Part shown: positions 1 to 10,983 of the stretch, one piece after another
How the letters are laid out: each line of letters starts with the position of its first letter
Numbering within the stretch: the stretch's first letter is position 1
Assembly (NCBI GenBank): GCA_963667845.2
Contig: CAXXVL010000002.1
Span: 480,001-544,000 of the forward strand
Source of the DNA: Smithellaceae bacterium
Lineage (GTDB): Bacteria; Desulfobacterota; Syntrophia; Syntrophales; Smithellaceae
DNA length: 64,000 nt
Reading direction: 5' to 3'
Notes under the pieces: generated by a model
Told to the model about the DNA's origin: nothing
What the model saw: the letters and a program-made list of their open reading frames with translations, nothing else
Databases searched by the model: none
Translations under genes and position numbers: made by a program

Positions 1-752
1 AAGGGTTTTCGGCAGGCCATTTCCAGGAATATTTTTTCCTGAATGGGTTTCAATAGGGAGTTCAGTCTCACGCGAATTTTCCGGTTGATATTCTGATAGA
101 TATATTTATTCAGATCGGGAAATGCATCGCGCAAGCGCTGAAATGATTTCAGATTGCTTTCGATTTCGGCGTTGCTTAAGTTGAAATATTGGTCGTAAAG
201 GTAAGCCACACCACGCCGGAAAGCGGCAAGCGACATCACGGAAAATGTATAGTCGACCCAGAAATAGACCATGAAAGCGATCGCCGCAATCTTGACCGCG
301 ACTTCGTTCAACCCGGCCACCCATTGAAGGACGATCGGATGAATCCCTGTGACAAAGCCCAGGGCCAGCAACGTCCAGATGACGGAAAACCGCAGGCAGA
401 CATAGCCGTGAAGGTTGAACCTGTTTTCCGAATAGTCCCAGAGCGTCAGCTTGAATATTTTTTCCGATAAGAGGCCGACCAGGTACTCCATGGCCGTGAC
501 GGCCAGGCCGAAAACAATAAAACGCGGCACGATATGCCAGCCTTGAAAGATATGCTGCAAAGCAATGACGAGGAACGCCCCGAAACCGTAAATGAGAATG
601 AAAGGACCGAATAGAAATCCCGCATTGACGAACTTCCGCTGCGAAACGGACCGGTAAATAACCTCTATCGCCCATCCGATAAAGCAATAAATTGCAAAAA
701 GAACGATATAATAAAAGAAATTCAGGTCGCTGTTTATTGCACTATTTTGCAC
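1..752 (-). CDS. CmpB/TMEM229 (DUF1113, putative ABC permease) family membrane protein, 3' end runs off the window
   Basis: Not in the ORF track. Manual translation from GTG 752: ...FAIYCFIGWAIEVIYRSVSQRKFVNAGFLFGPFILIYGFGA...MEYLVG...LWDYSENRFNLHGYVCLRFSVIW, with the typical GW.IE, GP...IYG.G and WDYS...N..G.VCL motifs; open to the window edge. Confidence 0.8.
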   Translation of the reverse strand, partial: MQNSAINSDLNFFYYIVLFAIYCFIGWAIEVIYRSVSQRKFVNAGFLFGPFILIYGFGAFLVIALQHIFQGWHIVPRFIVFGLAVTAMEYLVGLLSEKIFKLTLWDYSENRFNLHGYVCLRFSVIWTLLALGFVTGIHPIVLQWVAGLNEVAVKIAAIAFMVYFWVDYTFSVMSLAAFRRGVAYLYDQYFNLSNAEIESNLKSFQRLRDAFPDLNKYIYQNINRKIRVRLNSLLKPIQEKIFLEMACRKP

Positions 753-1219
753 AACTGATCCCGGCACATTAAAATTGATTTAGAGGACCGCCGCCGTGTG
801 GGCGCGATTCGAATGATATTCATATGCGGAATGTATCCTTTGCCAAGGAACTTAATCACAGTTGCTGATCTTTGCAAGATATATTTATTCGGGCGCGGCC
901 CGCGCAATATGACGGCGACCGACGATCACCCCGTTGCTGATTGTCTCCGGCAGGGAAGCTCCATACTGCCTTCCTGTTCTCAAATCAAAATGGATTGTTT
1001 TGGAGATGTACAGGACCCCGCTCACTCTTTCACGATCAAACAACGTCCGGGGTTAAAAAACAACGGACAAAACCAATAAGATTTTTGTTATGTTGCGCGA
1101 GCGTTTCATTTTCGTGAAGCGGTTTGCCTGCCGGATTGCTTTTGAACCCGGCCGCGGACCGCTTCACGGTTGACAGCAAAACCATCTGCTGTTACATTCG
1201 GGCGCGAAAGCGAGACGTC

Positions 1220-1726
1220 ATGGAAAAGATAAAAATCGGCATCAGTTCCTGCCTGATCGGCAACCCCGTCCGCTATGACGGCGGGCATAAGCTGAGCTCG
1301 TCTCTTCTGGATAGCCTGGGTCAGTACATCGATTATCTGCCCGTCTGCCCCGAAGCCGAATGCGGCATGGGAATTCCCCGGGAGGCCATGCGGCTTGAAG
1401 GCAAGTCCGATGCTCTGCATCTGATCACCCGCCTCACCCGGGAGGACAAGACGGACATCATGATCCGCTGGGCGAACAATCGCGTCGCACAACTGGAAAG
1501 GGAAAATCTCCGCGGCTTTATTTTCAAGAGTGACTCGCCGTCCTGCGGGATGGAGAGAGTGAAAGTCTATGATGATCAGGACGTGCCGGTCAAAACCGGC
1601 ATTGGCCTTTTTGCACGGATTTTTATGGAATACTTTCCGGGGCTGCCGGTCGAAGAAGAAAGCCGGCTTTGCGACGCGGCGCTGCGCAAAAATTTCATTG
1701 AACGGATATTCACGTTCCAACGATGA
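1220..1726 (+). CDS. DUF523 family protein (2-thiouracil desulfurase-like)
   Basis: IGISSCLIGNPVRYDGGHK, PVCPEAECGMGIPRE and KSDSPSCG motifs; start taken at ATG 1220. Confidence 0.85.
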   Translation: MEKIKIGISSCLIGNPVRYDGGHKLSSSLLDSLGQYIDYLPVCPEAECGMGIPREAMRLEGKSDALHLITRLTREDKTDIMIRWANNRVAQLERENLRGFIFKSDSPSCGMERVKVYDDQDVPVKTGIGLFARIFMEYFPGLPVEEESRLCDAALRKNFIERIFTFQR

Positions 1727-1783
1727 CGGGAAATCCCGCCTGCTCAATCCGGCAGGGAGACCCGGCGGACCGTTTGCCGGCAA

Positions 1784-2944
1784 TCAGAATGGCGGATGAA
1801 CGGTCATGAAGGTTAAAACGTCCATGCCGTTTGTTTCTGCCTTCGTCATTTCCCCATTGATCACGCGGATCATCAAATCGATCATCCGGTCGCGAAGCTG
1901 ATTCAACCCGCTGCCCTCAACAAGAACGCCGGCATTGACGTCCATGTCATCCTTCATCGCCTCATACATTCTGGTATTGCTGGCCACCTTGATGACGGGC
2001 ATGGCGGGAAAACCGATGGGATTTCCCCTGCCGGTGGAAAAGAACATGAGGTGAGAGCCGCTGGCCGCAAGGCCCGCCATAGAATCGCTGTCATATCCCG
2101 GCCCGTCCTGGAGAATCAGGCCGTGTTCGGATGGCGCCTGTCCGTAATCCACAACCTGATTGATTGTGGTTGTCCCGCCTTTGAAGATACAGCCCATTGA
2201 TTTTTCGGCAATCGTGCTCATGCCGCCGTCCATATTGCCGGGAGAAATAACAAGGCTCGCCAGCTCGCCCATCACGTCCTGCGTCAGCTTTTCCGCGCGG
2301 GCGATCATCTGTTCGATTTGACCGGCAACCTGCTGATCTCTGGCCCGTCGCGTAAGAACGTGCGTCGTTCCTATCATCTCGGTATTTTCACCGAAAATAA
2401 CTGTTGCGCCTTTCTTGACGAGCCAGTCGGAGACGGCACCCATCGCCACATTGGCCGTTACGCCCGACATGGCATCGGACCCGCCGCATTCCATGGCGAT
2501 CAACAGTTTGTCCCAGGGCACCACTACCCTGGGCTGGCTGGCAAGGTCCGCAAGCATCCGGCGGGCGGCGGCAATCCCTTTGCGCGACGTCTCAACAGAC
2601 CCGCCGTCGGATTGCACGTTAAAGACTTCAATGGGTTTACCGGCATCGCTGAGATGAGCAAGAAGCCCCGCCGTATTGGATACTTCACAGCCCAAACCGA
2701 TAAGAACCACACCACCGACATTGGGATGGCGCACGAGTCCGGAAAGGATCCGAAAAAGGATTTCGATGTCCCGCATGCCGCCCCGGCCGCATCCGTAGGC
2801 ATGGGGCGCACATATCGCCTCCGGCACTTCCCGCGATATCCGGTTGATAACACCGTTGACGCAGGATACCGTGGGGAGAACAAGAACATGGTTTCGAATG
2901 CCGATGCTTCCGTCTTTTCTTATATACCCGCTGACATCAGTCAT
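1784..2944 (-). CDS. UxaA/GarD/SuyB family dehydratase/lyase, large subunit
   Basis: GYIRKDGSIGIRNH, HPNVGGVVLIGLGCE, ECGGSDAMSGVTAN, SPGNMDGG, FSTGRG. Confidence 0.9.
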   Translation of the reverse strand: MTDVSGYIRKDGSIGIRNHVLVLPTVSCVNGVINRISREVPEAICAPHAYGCGRGGMRDIEILFRILSGLVRHPNVGGVVLIGLGCEVSNTAGLLAHLSDAGKPIEVFNVQSDGGSVETSRKGIAAARRMLADLASQPRVVVPWDKLLIAMECGGSDAMSGVTANVAMGAVSDWLVKKGATVIFGENTEMIGTTHVLTRRARDQQVAGQIEQMIARAEKLTQDVMGELASLVISPGNMDGGMSTIAEKSMGCIFKGGTTTINQVVDYGQAPSEHGLILQDGPGYDSDSMAGLAASGSHLMFFSTGRGNPIGFPAMPVIKVASNTRMYEAMKDDMDVNAGVLVEGSGLNQLRDRMIDLMIRVINGEMTKAETNGMDVLTFMTVHPPF

Positions 2945-3212
2945 TTTTCCACCGTCTGCTTTCCAGGTTGTGCGTATGGACCCACTGCCCTTTCTTAATC
3001 GTCACTTTGCTCACCGCCACGGTCTCTCCGTATTTGATTATTTCTTCTCCGGCAGATATCTCGCGAAGGGCTACCTTGTGGCTTGCGGGTATGTCGTCCA
3101 GAGTTTTAAAAGCTTCAGCCCCATCAACCTGCACCAGATCGCCGGCAGCCATAGCTCTCAGGACGACGGCGACATTGTCTCGGGGATGAATGATCAGTGC
3201 ATTGTCCTTCAT
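2937..3212 (-). CDS. SAF-domain small subunit of UxaA/SuyA-type dehydratase
   Basis: IHPRDNVAVV...HKVAL...IIKYGE...GQWVHTHNLES; overlaps the start of the large subunit. Confidence 0.9.
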   Translation of the reverse strand: MKDNALIIHPRDNVAVVLRAMAAGDLVQVDGAEAFKTLDDIPASHKVALREISAGEEIIKYGETVAVSKVTIKKGQWVHTHNLESRRWKND

Positions 3213-3374
3213 GATTCCTCCCGGTTTCCGTGATGACTTCTCCGGATTGATCATATTCCAATATGCAGAGAAATGCCAATTGAAAGCAGGTGTATTCGAG
3301 CGGATTGAACGCTTCTGATTGAAACAGCGATTCGACGATTCATATCTCTCTTGCCGCGCAATCGGTCCAGCGGA

Positions 3375-4700
3375 TCACTTCGGCCGGTTGCTCAGCCTAA
3401 TGAGTTTACTTCGCACTAAATCAACGTGCTCACGAAGTTTATAGACATCTTCGAAGAAAGCCACGGGCACGGCAATCCTGTTGATCGAAGTCTCAATCTG
3501 ATCGATCTTTTCATAATAATCCGACATATCTTCCCGGTTGGAACTTTCTGCGAGCTCCAATTCCAGATTCTTAAGTTCTCTATACCAGCCGTAGAATTTC
3601 CGTCTGTGACGCCAGGAATAAACCCAGGGTATGCTGCGGATTATAGGAATCAGGATAATGGCCATCGGAACCATGATTAAAATTGTGCGATCGAGAACCG
3701 CAGCCAGTCCAAAGGGAAGATAGTCAAGCAAAAAAGGGCGTCCTGATTTATAAAATCTCTCCGCATAAATGGAGGAAGGGAAGCTCACCTCCCTGGGCGC
3801 CGGAAACTCACCTTTCTTATTGACCCAGCCCGCACTGCTGTGAATCTCGGCGGCCGCATCCAGAAGCAAATATATCAAAGCGGGGTGGAGGTCTTTGCGT
3901 ATAATAAGATTTGTCGTTACGGCCAAAAGATGAACGTCATGCAAGGGTAATTTCTTCGGAATATTCAGGATGCCCTGCGGCAATACGACATGGGACAAAG
4001 CGGGGATCAGGCGGGTGTATGCTTCAGCCTGTCTGAAGTTCATCAGCTTCACCTCCGGATCAAGCAAGAGTTCAGTCACCAGAGCGTTATCCTCTGTGCC
4101 GATGATCATGACGGCGTCTGCCTTCCCTTCCCGCAAGGCTTTCCTAGCCGCAAGACCGGAAAGATCGAGCAGTTCTGTTGGCGGATCTGCGCTGCTGTTT
4201 AGTTTAAGCAGGGCCATGGCCAATTTACGCACCCCGCTGCCCTGTGGTCCGATGGCAATTCTCTTCCCGGCAAGTTCGGACAAGTCGTCAAGCGTCTTCC
4301 GGTCTCGATAAAAAACCCAGATTGGTGAATAGGCCACAGCTCCGAGGGAAGCGAGATTACTCCCTTCGGCAGTTGATCTTAAGCCGTCCTGGACGAAACC
4401 GGCGTCAACTCGATAGGATTTGTCACTAAGACGATTAAGGTTCTCTATGGCACCCGAAGAGGAAAGCAATTTAACTTCAACATGCTCACGCGCCAGGATT
4501 TGCCGATACCGCTCCCCAAAAACTTCATATGACCCATTTTTTAACCCGGTGGTCATGACCAGACTGTTGGGCGACTTGAAATGGTAGGCGATGATGATCG
4601 AAATAATCAGAATGAACAGCAAAGCGACAAGGATGGCCAGAAAGCCGTGATTTGATATCGAAGAAACGATAAAATATCTGATGTTTGTTTTTCGGGTCAT
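3375..4700 (-). CDS. TAXI family TRAP solute-binding protein, membrane-anchored form
   Basis: TTGLKNGSY, SSGAIENL, FVQDG, GKRIAIGPQGSG, LHPALIYLLL; transmembrane segments near both ends. Confidence 0.8.
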   Translation of the reverse strand: MTRKTNIRYFIVSSISNHGFLAILVALLFILIISIIIAYHFKSPNSLVMTTGLKNGSYEVFGERYRQILAREHVEVKLLSSSGAIENLNRLSDKSYRVDAGFVQDGLRSTAEGSNLASLGAVAYSPIWVFYRDRKTLDDLSELAGKRIAIGPQGSGVRKLAMALLKLNSSADPPTELLDLSGLAARKALREGKADAVMIIGTEDNALVTELLLDPEVKLMNFRQAEAYTRLIPALSHVVLPQGILNIPKKLPLHDVHLLAVTTNLIIRKDLHPALIYLLLDAAAEIHSSAGWVNKKGEFPAPREVSFPSSIYAERFYKSGRPFLLDYLPFGLAAVLDRTILIMVPMAIILIPIIRSIPWVYSWRHRRKFYGWYRELKNLELELAESSNREDMSDYYEKIDQIETSINRIAVPVAFFEDVYKLREHVDLVRSKLIRLSNRPK

Positions 4701-4903
4701 TCTATCCCTCTTACGGGCAAAGGGTTCTTAAAGAAGCCTATAGAATTCAGATGGGCAGAACTGAGGAGCAATGGGAGCGCGCTTCGCGGCCTATGCCGCG
4801 GGTTGTCACCCCGTGCCACATTCAGGCGGTCCGGCGGTTAGATCATGTGGTTGACGGGACGGTCCCTATTGATTATGTGCTGTTCCGGGCGCCCGGCAGT
4901 CCG

Positions 4904-5794
4904 TTAACGCACCTGTCCGGCCGAACGTTTTAACGCCTCAATACGGTCTTCCAGCGGCGGATGCGTCATGAAAAGCAACTTCAAGCCATGCTTGGATGGC
5001 TTCCCGGCAATGCCGAATGCTTTCATCTGATCCGGCAGCGGCTCGAAGGTGCTGCGCTGCAGGCTCTGAAGCGCGGCAATCATACTGCCTGTGCCCGCCA
5101 GTTTTGCGCCACCCGCGTCCGCTGCGTATTCCCTCTTCCTGCTGAACCACAGAACAATGACGCTGGCCAGGATTCCGAAAATGATTTCAGCGACAATGGT
5201 CGTCACAAAAAAGCCCAGCCCGTGGCCTTCTTCATTTTTCAAAACGACGCGATCCACAAAATATCCGACGATGCGCGCAATAAAGATGACAAACGTGTTG
5301 ACGACGCCCTGGATCAGGCTGAGCGTAATCATATCTCCGTTGGCGACATGACTGATTTCATGGCCCAGCACCGCTTCGACTTCGTCGCGCTTCATCGTCC
5401 GCAAAAGACCGGTGCTGACCGCCACCAGGGCCTTGTCCTTATTCATACCGGTGGCAAAAGCGTTAGGCGAATCCGAATCGAACACCGCCACTTCGGGCAT
5501 GCCGATTCCCGCCTGGGAGGCCAGCTTTTTGACTGTGTCAGTAAGCCAGATTTCCGCATCCGAACGAGGCTGGACAATCACCTGAGCCCCGGTTGCCCGC
5601 TTGGCCATCCACTTGGAAATCGCCAGCGAGATGAACGAACCGCCGAAACCGAAGATACCGGCAAAAATCAGCAGACTTACGTAATTGATACCGTTGGCTG
5701 CAAGAAATCGATCAGCGCCAAGGATGTGGACGACAATACTTAAAACCACCATCACGGCGATATTGGTCACGATAAACAACAATACCCTTTTCAT
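4904..5794 (-). CDS. htpX: Zinc metalloprotease HtpX
   Basis: [18 protein letters not shown] (HExxH), [18 protein letters not shown]. Confidence 0.95.
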   Translation of the reverse strand: MKRVLLFIVTNIAVMVVLSIVVHILGADRFLAANGINYVSLLIFAGIFGFGGSFISLAISKWMAKRATGAQVIVQPRSDAEIWLTDTVKKLASQAGIGMPEVAVFDSDSPNAFATGMNKDKALVAVSTGLLRTMKRDEVEAVLGHEISHVANGDMITLSLIQGVVNTFVIFIARIVGYFVDRVVLKNEEGHGLGFFVTTIVAEIIFGILASVIVLWFSRKREYAADAGGAKLAGTGSMIAALQSLQRSTFEPLPDQMKAFGIAGKPSKHGLKLLFMTHPPLEDRIEALKRSAGQVR

Positions 5795-5869
5795 TTCTAA
5801 CTACCTCCTCCGCTTCCCGGGCGGGAGCGGTTTGACAAAACTGTTCTGTGGACTGCAAAATAAGCTCTA

Positions 5870-5897
5870 TCTTAATGTCTGACCCGAGAATGTCAAG
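5870..5897 (-). promoter_or_regulatory. Putative sigma70 promoter of htpX
   Basis: Minus strand TTGACA-16 nt-TAAGAT upstream of htpX. Confidence 0.45.
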
Positions 5898-6009
5898 GGT
5901 TTCTTAAGCCGGAGAAAAGAGATGAAAGACCAAGGTGTTGCAACCACCTTTACGGGCGGCAAATTCTTTGTTCCCCAGAGTCGCGCCCTGCCCCGGTAAA
6001 AATTCCGAT

Positions 6010-7356
6010 TTACAGTGTGAAATACTCGTTAATCGATTCAAAAGCCGCCCGAACCATTTTCTCAATGTCCTCCTCCTCCACAATGTAAGGCGGCATGAAA
6101 TAAATGACGTTACCCAGGGGACGAAGGAGAACACCCTTCGCGAGCGCGATCCGGTAGATGCCGTAGCCTACGCGCTCCCGCCAGTCAAAGGCCTGCTTCG
6201 TCTCCCGATCGGCCACGAGTTCCAGCGCACCGATCATGCCGAGTTGCCGGTATTCGCCGATGCGGGGATGACCATCGAAAAGATGCATCACCTTTTCGAA
6301 AATTATTCGTGATTTGATTTCGTTTCGCGCCAGCACCTGGTCGTCCTGGAAAATGGCAAGCGATTCGCGGGCGACGGCGCAGGCCAGTGCGTTGCCCGTA
6401 TAACTGTGAGAGTGGAGAAATGCCTTGAGTTCGGCGTAATCCGCATAAAAAGCCGAATAGATTTCATCCGTCGTCACGACCAGTGACAGCGGCATATAGC
6501 CGGCCGTGATGCCTTTCGACAGACACAAAATATCGGGACTCAGGGCGGCGTGTTCACAGGCGAACATTTTGCCGGTCCGGCCGAAACCCACGGCGATCTC
6601 ATCGGCAATGAAGTGAATATCGTGCTTCGTGCAAAGCTGCCGCAGTTTCTTCAGATACACGGGCGGATAAATTTTCATGCCCGCCGCGCATTGCACCAGC
6701 GGTTCGACGATGATGCCGCAGATTTCATCGGCATGCTCCGCGACGAGCCGCTCCAGGGCTTCAAAGCATTGCGCATCGCAAATTTCCCGCTTTTGCTCGT
6801 GGGGACAGCGGAAGCAGTCCGGACCTGTCGCCCGGAACGTATTCATCATCAGCGGCTTGTAAATCTTGCTGTAGAGATCGAGATCGCCTACGGACAGCGC
6901 ACCAAGTGTTTCACCGTGATAGGCGTCGGTAAGGGCAGCAAACTTTGTCTTGCCCGGATGACCGGTCTGCTGGTGATAGTGGAAACTCATTTTCAGGGCT
7001 GCTTCCACCGCTGATGATCCGTTGTCGGCGAAGAAGACTTTACTCAGTCCCGCGGGCGTCAGCCGGACGATTTCCTCTGCCAGATCGATGGCCGGCTCAT
7101 GAGAAAAGTTGGCAAAGATCACGTGTTCGAGCTTTTGCGCCTGCCCGGCAAGCGCCCGGTTGAGCCGGTCATTGGCGTGGCCGAAAAGATTCACCCACCA
7201 GGACGACACGGCGTCCAGATAACCCTTCCCGTCCACATCATATAAATAAGCGCCCTTTCCCCGTTCAATCACGATCGGCGGAAAGTCTTCATAGTCCTTC
7301 ATCTGCGAACAGGGGTGCCAGATATATTGCAGATCTCTTTCTTGATAACGATTCAC
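6010..7356 (-). CDS. bioA: Adenosylmethionine-8-amino-7-oxononanoate aminotransferase
   Basis: [41 protein letters not shown]; bio gene context. Confidence 0.95.
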   Translation of the reverse strand: MNRYQERDLQYIWHPCSQMKDYEDFPPIVIERGKGAYLYDVDGKGYLDAVSSWWVNLFGHANDRLNRALAGQAQKLEHVIFANFSHEPAIDLAEEIVRLTPAGLSKVFFADNGSSAVEAALKMSFHYHQQTGHPGKTKFAALTDAYHGETLGALSVGDLDLYSKIYKPLMMNTFRATGPDCFRCPHEQKREICDAQCFEALERLVAEHADEICGIIVEPLVQCAAGMKIYPPVYLKKLRQLCTKHDIHFIADEIAVGFGRTGKMFACEHAALSPDILCLSKGITAGYMPLSLVVTTDEIYSAFYADYAELKAFLHSHSYTGNALACAVARESLAIFQDDQVLARNEIKSRIIFEKVMHLFDGHPRIGEYRQLGMIGALELVADRETKQAFDWRERVGYGIYRIALAKGVLLRPLGNVIYFMPPYIVEEEDIEKMVRAAFESINEYFTL

Positions 7357-8522
7357 TCTTGACTCCTAATGATTCCCAACTCCCGCCCGACGTCTTCCAG
7401 GCAGGTAAGCGCCCTCGATAAATCATCCCTGGTATGAGTCGCCATCAGGTTGATGCGCAAGCGGCTGGTACCTTGCGGCACAGTCGGCGGGCGGATGGCG
7501 GAAACGAAAATTCGCCTTTCCATCAACCGTTCACTGAACGCGACCGCCGCGTCAGGCGGCCCCAAGACAATCGAAATGACCGGGGTCGGATGATTCGGAA
7601 CATCAAAGCCTGCCGCGCGAAGTCTTTCTCTGAACCAGGCAGCGTTGACCAATAACGTCCGGCGCAACTGGGGTTCCGTCCTTACAATATCCAGTGCGGC
7701 GAGTGATACGGCGATGGTTGCCGGTGAAAGCGCCGTCGAAAAAATAAAACTGCGGGCGGTATTGGCGAGGTAATCGATCAGAGCGCGGCTGCCGGCTATA
7801 AACCCTCCCTCGGATGCCAGAGCTTTGCTGAATGTTCCCATTGCGATATCGATGCCGTCTGTAAGATTAAAGTAGTCCGCCGTCCCGCCGCCCTTTTCTC
7901 CCAGAACGCCTGTGGCATGCGCATCATCGACCATCAGCAGTAACTGATATTTCCGGGCAATTTCCGCAAGCGCAGGCAGAGGCGCGATATCCCCGTCGAC
8001 GCTGAACAGCCCATCCGTTACAATCAGGCCCTTCCGGCCCCGATGACGTTTGATTTGCCTTTCGAGATCCGATGCATCGCCGTGCGCATAAACGACGGTT
8101 TGGGCCCCCGAAAGGCGGCAGCCGTCAATAATGCTCGCATGATTGAGCCGGTCGGAAAAAATCACGTAGCTTTTGTCGGCGATAGCCGAGAGGACGCCGA
8201 CATTGGCCATGTAGCCGGTATTAAAAACCAGCGCCGCCTCGGTTCCCTTGAAAGCGGCGATTTCTTCTTCCAGTCTTTTATGGATTTCGTAACTGCCTGT
8301 GGTCAGACGCGACCCGCCGGAGCCGGTGCCGTATTTTTCAATCGCGTCTACGGCCGCCCGCTTAAGGCGCGGATCAGCACACAAACCGAGATAGCTGTTG
8401 GATGATAAAAGCAGCAAGTCCTCACCCGTTATGCGCACACACTTGCTCTGCGGAGATTGCAGATATCTCATTTCCCGGTAAAGACCGTCGGCCTTGATTT
8501 GCTGATTTTTTTTGTCGAACAT
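7353..8522 (-). CDS. bioF: 8-amino-7-oxononanoate synthase
   Basis: [43 protein letters not shown]. Confidence 0.95.
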   Translation of the reverse strand: MFDKKNQQIKADGLYREMRYLQSPQSKCVRITGEDLLLLSSNSYLGLCADPRLKRAAVDAIEKYGTGSGGSRLTTGSYEIHKRLEEEIAAFKGTEAALVFNTGYMANVGVLSAIADKSYVIFSDRLNHASIIDGCRLSGAQTVVYAHGDASDLERQIKRHRGRKGLIVTDGLFSVDGDIAPLPALAEIARKYQLLLMVDDAHATGVLGEKGGGTADYFNLTDGIDIAMGTFSKALASEGGFIAGSRALIDYLANTARSFIFSTALSPATIAVSLAALDIVRTEPQLRRTLLVNAAWFRERLRAAGFDVPNHPTPVISIVLGPPDAAVAFSERLMERRIFVSAIRPPTVPQGTSRLRINLMATHTRDDLSRALTCLEDVGRELGIIRSQE

Positions 8523-8536
8523 TTTCCCCGGGTCCT

Positions 8537-9259
8537 TTACACGGTCTCCATGAGAGCTAGAATATCGTCAACGGCGATGCTCTGGTCAAACACATCCCGG
8601 AGATTCCCTGTCTGCAGCGCTTCGGAATCCATCCCCGCAATGGCCGGCAGCGTAAAAATCGCCTCCAGGCCGGAGAGCTTCCGAATCATCCGGATATTAT
8701 CCTGCTCGATCAGGGTTTCACCCGCGCGGTTGATGATAATTCCTTTTACGGTAAGCCCGACGCTTTTCGCCACAAAGAGCGTAAGCAGGGTGTGATTGAT
8801 CGTTCCGAGTCCGGCGCGGCAAACGAGCAGGCAGGGGAAATTCAGCTCGCGGATCAGATCATACTGCATGAAGCCTTCATCGTTCAGGGGAATGGCGAGT
8901 CCCCCTGCTCCTTCCGCGACAATCACATCATACCGGTTCCTCAGATCGTTTAAACTTTTCTGAACCATGTCCGGATCAATACGGCGCGAGGTGAGGCGCG
9001 AAGCGAGATGCGGTGCGACGGCATCGGCAAAAGCAAAAGGCGTCACCCGTTCGGATCTTTCGGTAAATCCGGAAGCAGCATGGACAAAAGCCGCGTCGGC
9101 GGACAGCGCAACGTCCCCGACCTTCACCTCTCCGCTCGCCACAGGCTTAAAATACGCAGCCTGCACCTTTTTTTTCATCAGCAAATACATCAGCCCGGCG
9201 GAAACCACCGTTTTTCCGACATCCGTGTCCGTGCCGATGATAAAGATTCCTCTCACCAC
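8537..9259 (-). CDS. bioD: Dethiobiotin synthase
   Basis: GTDTDVGKT P-loop, FKPVASG, EGAGG, LGTINHT; GTG start is approximate. Confidence 0.93.
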   Translation of the reverse strand: MVRGIFIIGTDTDVGKTVVSAGLMYLLMKKKVQAAYFKPVASGEVKVGDVALSADAAFVHAASGFTERSERVTPFAFADAVAPHLASRLTSRRIDPDMVQKSLNDLRNRYDVIVAEGAGGLAIPLNDEGFMQYDLIRELNFPCLLVCRAGLGTINHTLLTLFVAKSVGLTVKGIIINRAGETLIEQDNIRMIRKLSGLEAIFTLPAIAGMDSEALQTGNLRDVFDQSIAVDDILALMETV

Positions 9260-9411
9260 ACATCCATCCCGTTCAATTGATTTACGATGCCATATCAAAA
9301 GATGCACCCTGCGCAAAGGGTTATTTTTTTAAGGGTGAATCAGGGGATCGCATCTGATCGGTGAGGAACGAATATTAAGTCCGGCAAAAAAGATCATCCT
9401 GATGGAGTGCG

Positions 9412-9514
9412 GTTTAATCCCGCTCACGCGGGACGAGCGTTAATTCCCTGTCGCGTGCTGCAAAATAGTGACGTTCATTTCACCCCTCGACAGCGTGCTG
9501 CGAGGGGGTTGATT
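9412..9514. repeat. Dispersed palindromic repeat family A, copy 1
   Basis: gtttaatcccgctcacgcgggacgagcgttaatt...gcgtgctgc...ttcatttcacccctcgacagcgtgctgcgagggggttgatt; similar to 10871 and 46812. Confidence 0.85.
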
Positions 9515-9579
9515 TCAGGATCAAAACCGCAATCTTTCTTTCCCATTGACACACCCCGGTTTTTTTTCTATGAACCGCC

Positions 9580-10662
9580 ATGACTGAAAGGCAGGCATTA
9601 ACCATGGATTTGATCAATAATCTGAAGCAGAAAGCCATCAAGGGGAAAGGCATCAGCGCCGCGGAAGCGCTGGAACTCTTCATCGAAGGGTCGGGGAATT
9701 CGCAGCGGGTTTTCGCGGCCGCATCCGAAATCCGTGAGCATTTCAAAGGAAAAGAAATTATCCTGTGCGGCATCACGAATGCCAAGTCCGGCAAGTGCTC
9801 CGAAGATTGCAAGTTCTGCGCGCAGTCCTCCCATTATGCGACCGACGTTGTTTCCTATCCGCTGAAACCGGCAAAACAAATTCTTACCGAGGCGGGCCGG
9901 GCAAAAAAGGACGGAGCGGAATTTTTCGGCATCGTCACGAGCGGCAAACGCGTAAAAGCGCAAAAGGAGTGGGCGGACATTTTTAAGGCCGTCGCCGGTA
10001 TGAACAAAATCGGCATTCACCCGTGCGCCTCTCTGGGCATTATTGATGAAGCCAAGGCGCGCGAGCTTGCAGCCGCGGGACTGTTCCGCTATCATCATAA
10101 CCTGGAGACGGCCCGCAGCTATTTTAAAAACATCTGCACGACACATGACTACGAAGAAAATGTGGAAACGATCCGCGCGGCAAAGAAAGCCGGGTTATCG
10201 GTTTGCGCGGGCGCTCTCATCGGACTGGGTGAAGGCGTTACGCATCGCATTGAACTGGCCGAAACATTGCGCAAGCTGGATGTGGATTCCGTTCCGATCA
10301 ACATTCTGGACCCGATCAAGGGCACGCCTCTGGATCATATTCAGCCGCTCGCTCCCATGGAAATCCTCATGACCATCGCCGTCTTCCGTTTCATGCTGCC
10401 CTCCAAGGATATTAAACTCTGCGGCGGCAAGGAAAAGAATTTGCGCCAGCTCCTGCCTCTGGGAATCATTGCCGGAGCCAATTCGCTGATGACGGGAAAC
10501 TATCTGACGACGACGGGAAGAGACAGCAAACTGGATCACGAAATGATTGCCGACCTGGGGCTGATCCCGACCCGGGAGCTCGATATATGTCGCTGCGGCA
10601 TAGAAGGACAAAATGCCTGTATGGCCGACACAACCGCAAAGAGGAAACCGACACGGAAATAG
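9580..10662 (+). CDS. bioB: Biotin synthase (radical SAM)
   Basis: CSEDCKFCAQS (CxxxCxxC), YHHNLET, SVPIN, GNYLTT; the true start may be ATG 9604. Confidence 0.95.
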   Translation: MTERQALTMDLINNLKQKAIKGKGISAAEALELFIEGSGNSQRVFAAASEIREHFKGKEIILCGITNAKSGKCSEDCKFCAQSSHYATDVVSYPLKPAKQILTEAGRAKKDGAEFFGIVTSGKRVKAQKEWADIFKAVAGMNKIGIHPCASLGIIDEAKARELAAAGLFRYHHNLETARSYFKNICTTHDYEENVETIRAAKKAGLSVCAGALIGLGEGVTHRIELAETLRKLDVDSVPINILDPIKGTPLDHIQPLAPMEILMTIAVFRFMLPSKDIKLCGGKEKNLRQLLPLGIIAGANSLMTGNYLTTTGRDSKLDHEMIADLGLIPTRELDICRCGIEGQNACMADTTAKRKPTRK

Positions 10663-10802
10663 TAGCTCAGCCGGCTGATGCGTATTTTATTGCTTTAGAG
10701 AAAAGAATCTTTCGGGGCTTCACCTTCACCTGCAAGGTTTTAGCAGCGGCAAATTGCCAGAAGTGATTTTTACTGGCTGAAATATTTATATTTAAGAAAT
10801 AA

Positions 10803-10838
10803 AAAAAGTGGCTGAATATTGATAACCAGCCACTTTAT
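10803..10838. terminator. Intrinsic terminator between convergent genes
   Basis: aaagtggctg-loop-cagccacttt hairpin flanked by A/T runs. Confidence 0.65.
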
Positions 10839-10870
10839 AAATATCGATTACACGTTATCAAATCCAAGCA

Positions 10871-10933
10871 GTTTAATCCCGCTCACGCGGGACGAGCGTT
10901 AATTTCCTGTAGCTTGCTGCGAGGTGGTTGATT
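10871..10933. repeat. Dispersed palindromic repeat family A, copy 2 (internally deleted)
   Basis: The start is identical to copy 1, then the sequence jumps to gcttgctgcgaggtggttgatt. Confidence 0.85.
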
Positions 10934-10983
10934 ACTTTTCCAACATTTCCCGTAAACGGCCTGCCATTACAACAAGAAGCGAT

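Noticed and set aside
106..687. 193-aa minus-strand ORF in the track
   Set aside because: Wrong frame; the real gene is the overlapping CmpB/TMEM229-like frame starting at 752.
3264..3278. sigma54-like motif upstream of the SAF gene (TGGCAT...TGCA, minus strand)
   Set aside because: GG-to-GC spacing is one base short of the strict -24/-12 requirement.
9412..10933. Possible CRISPR or riboswitch reading of repeat family A
   Set aside because: Copies are dispersed rather than regularly spaced, no cas genes are present, and I recognise no riboswitch consensus.
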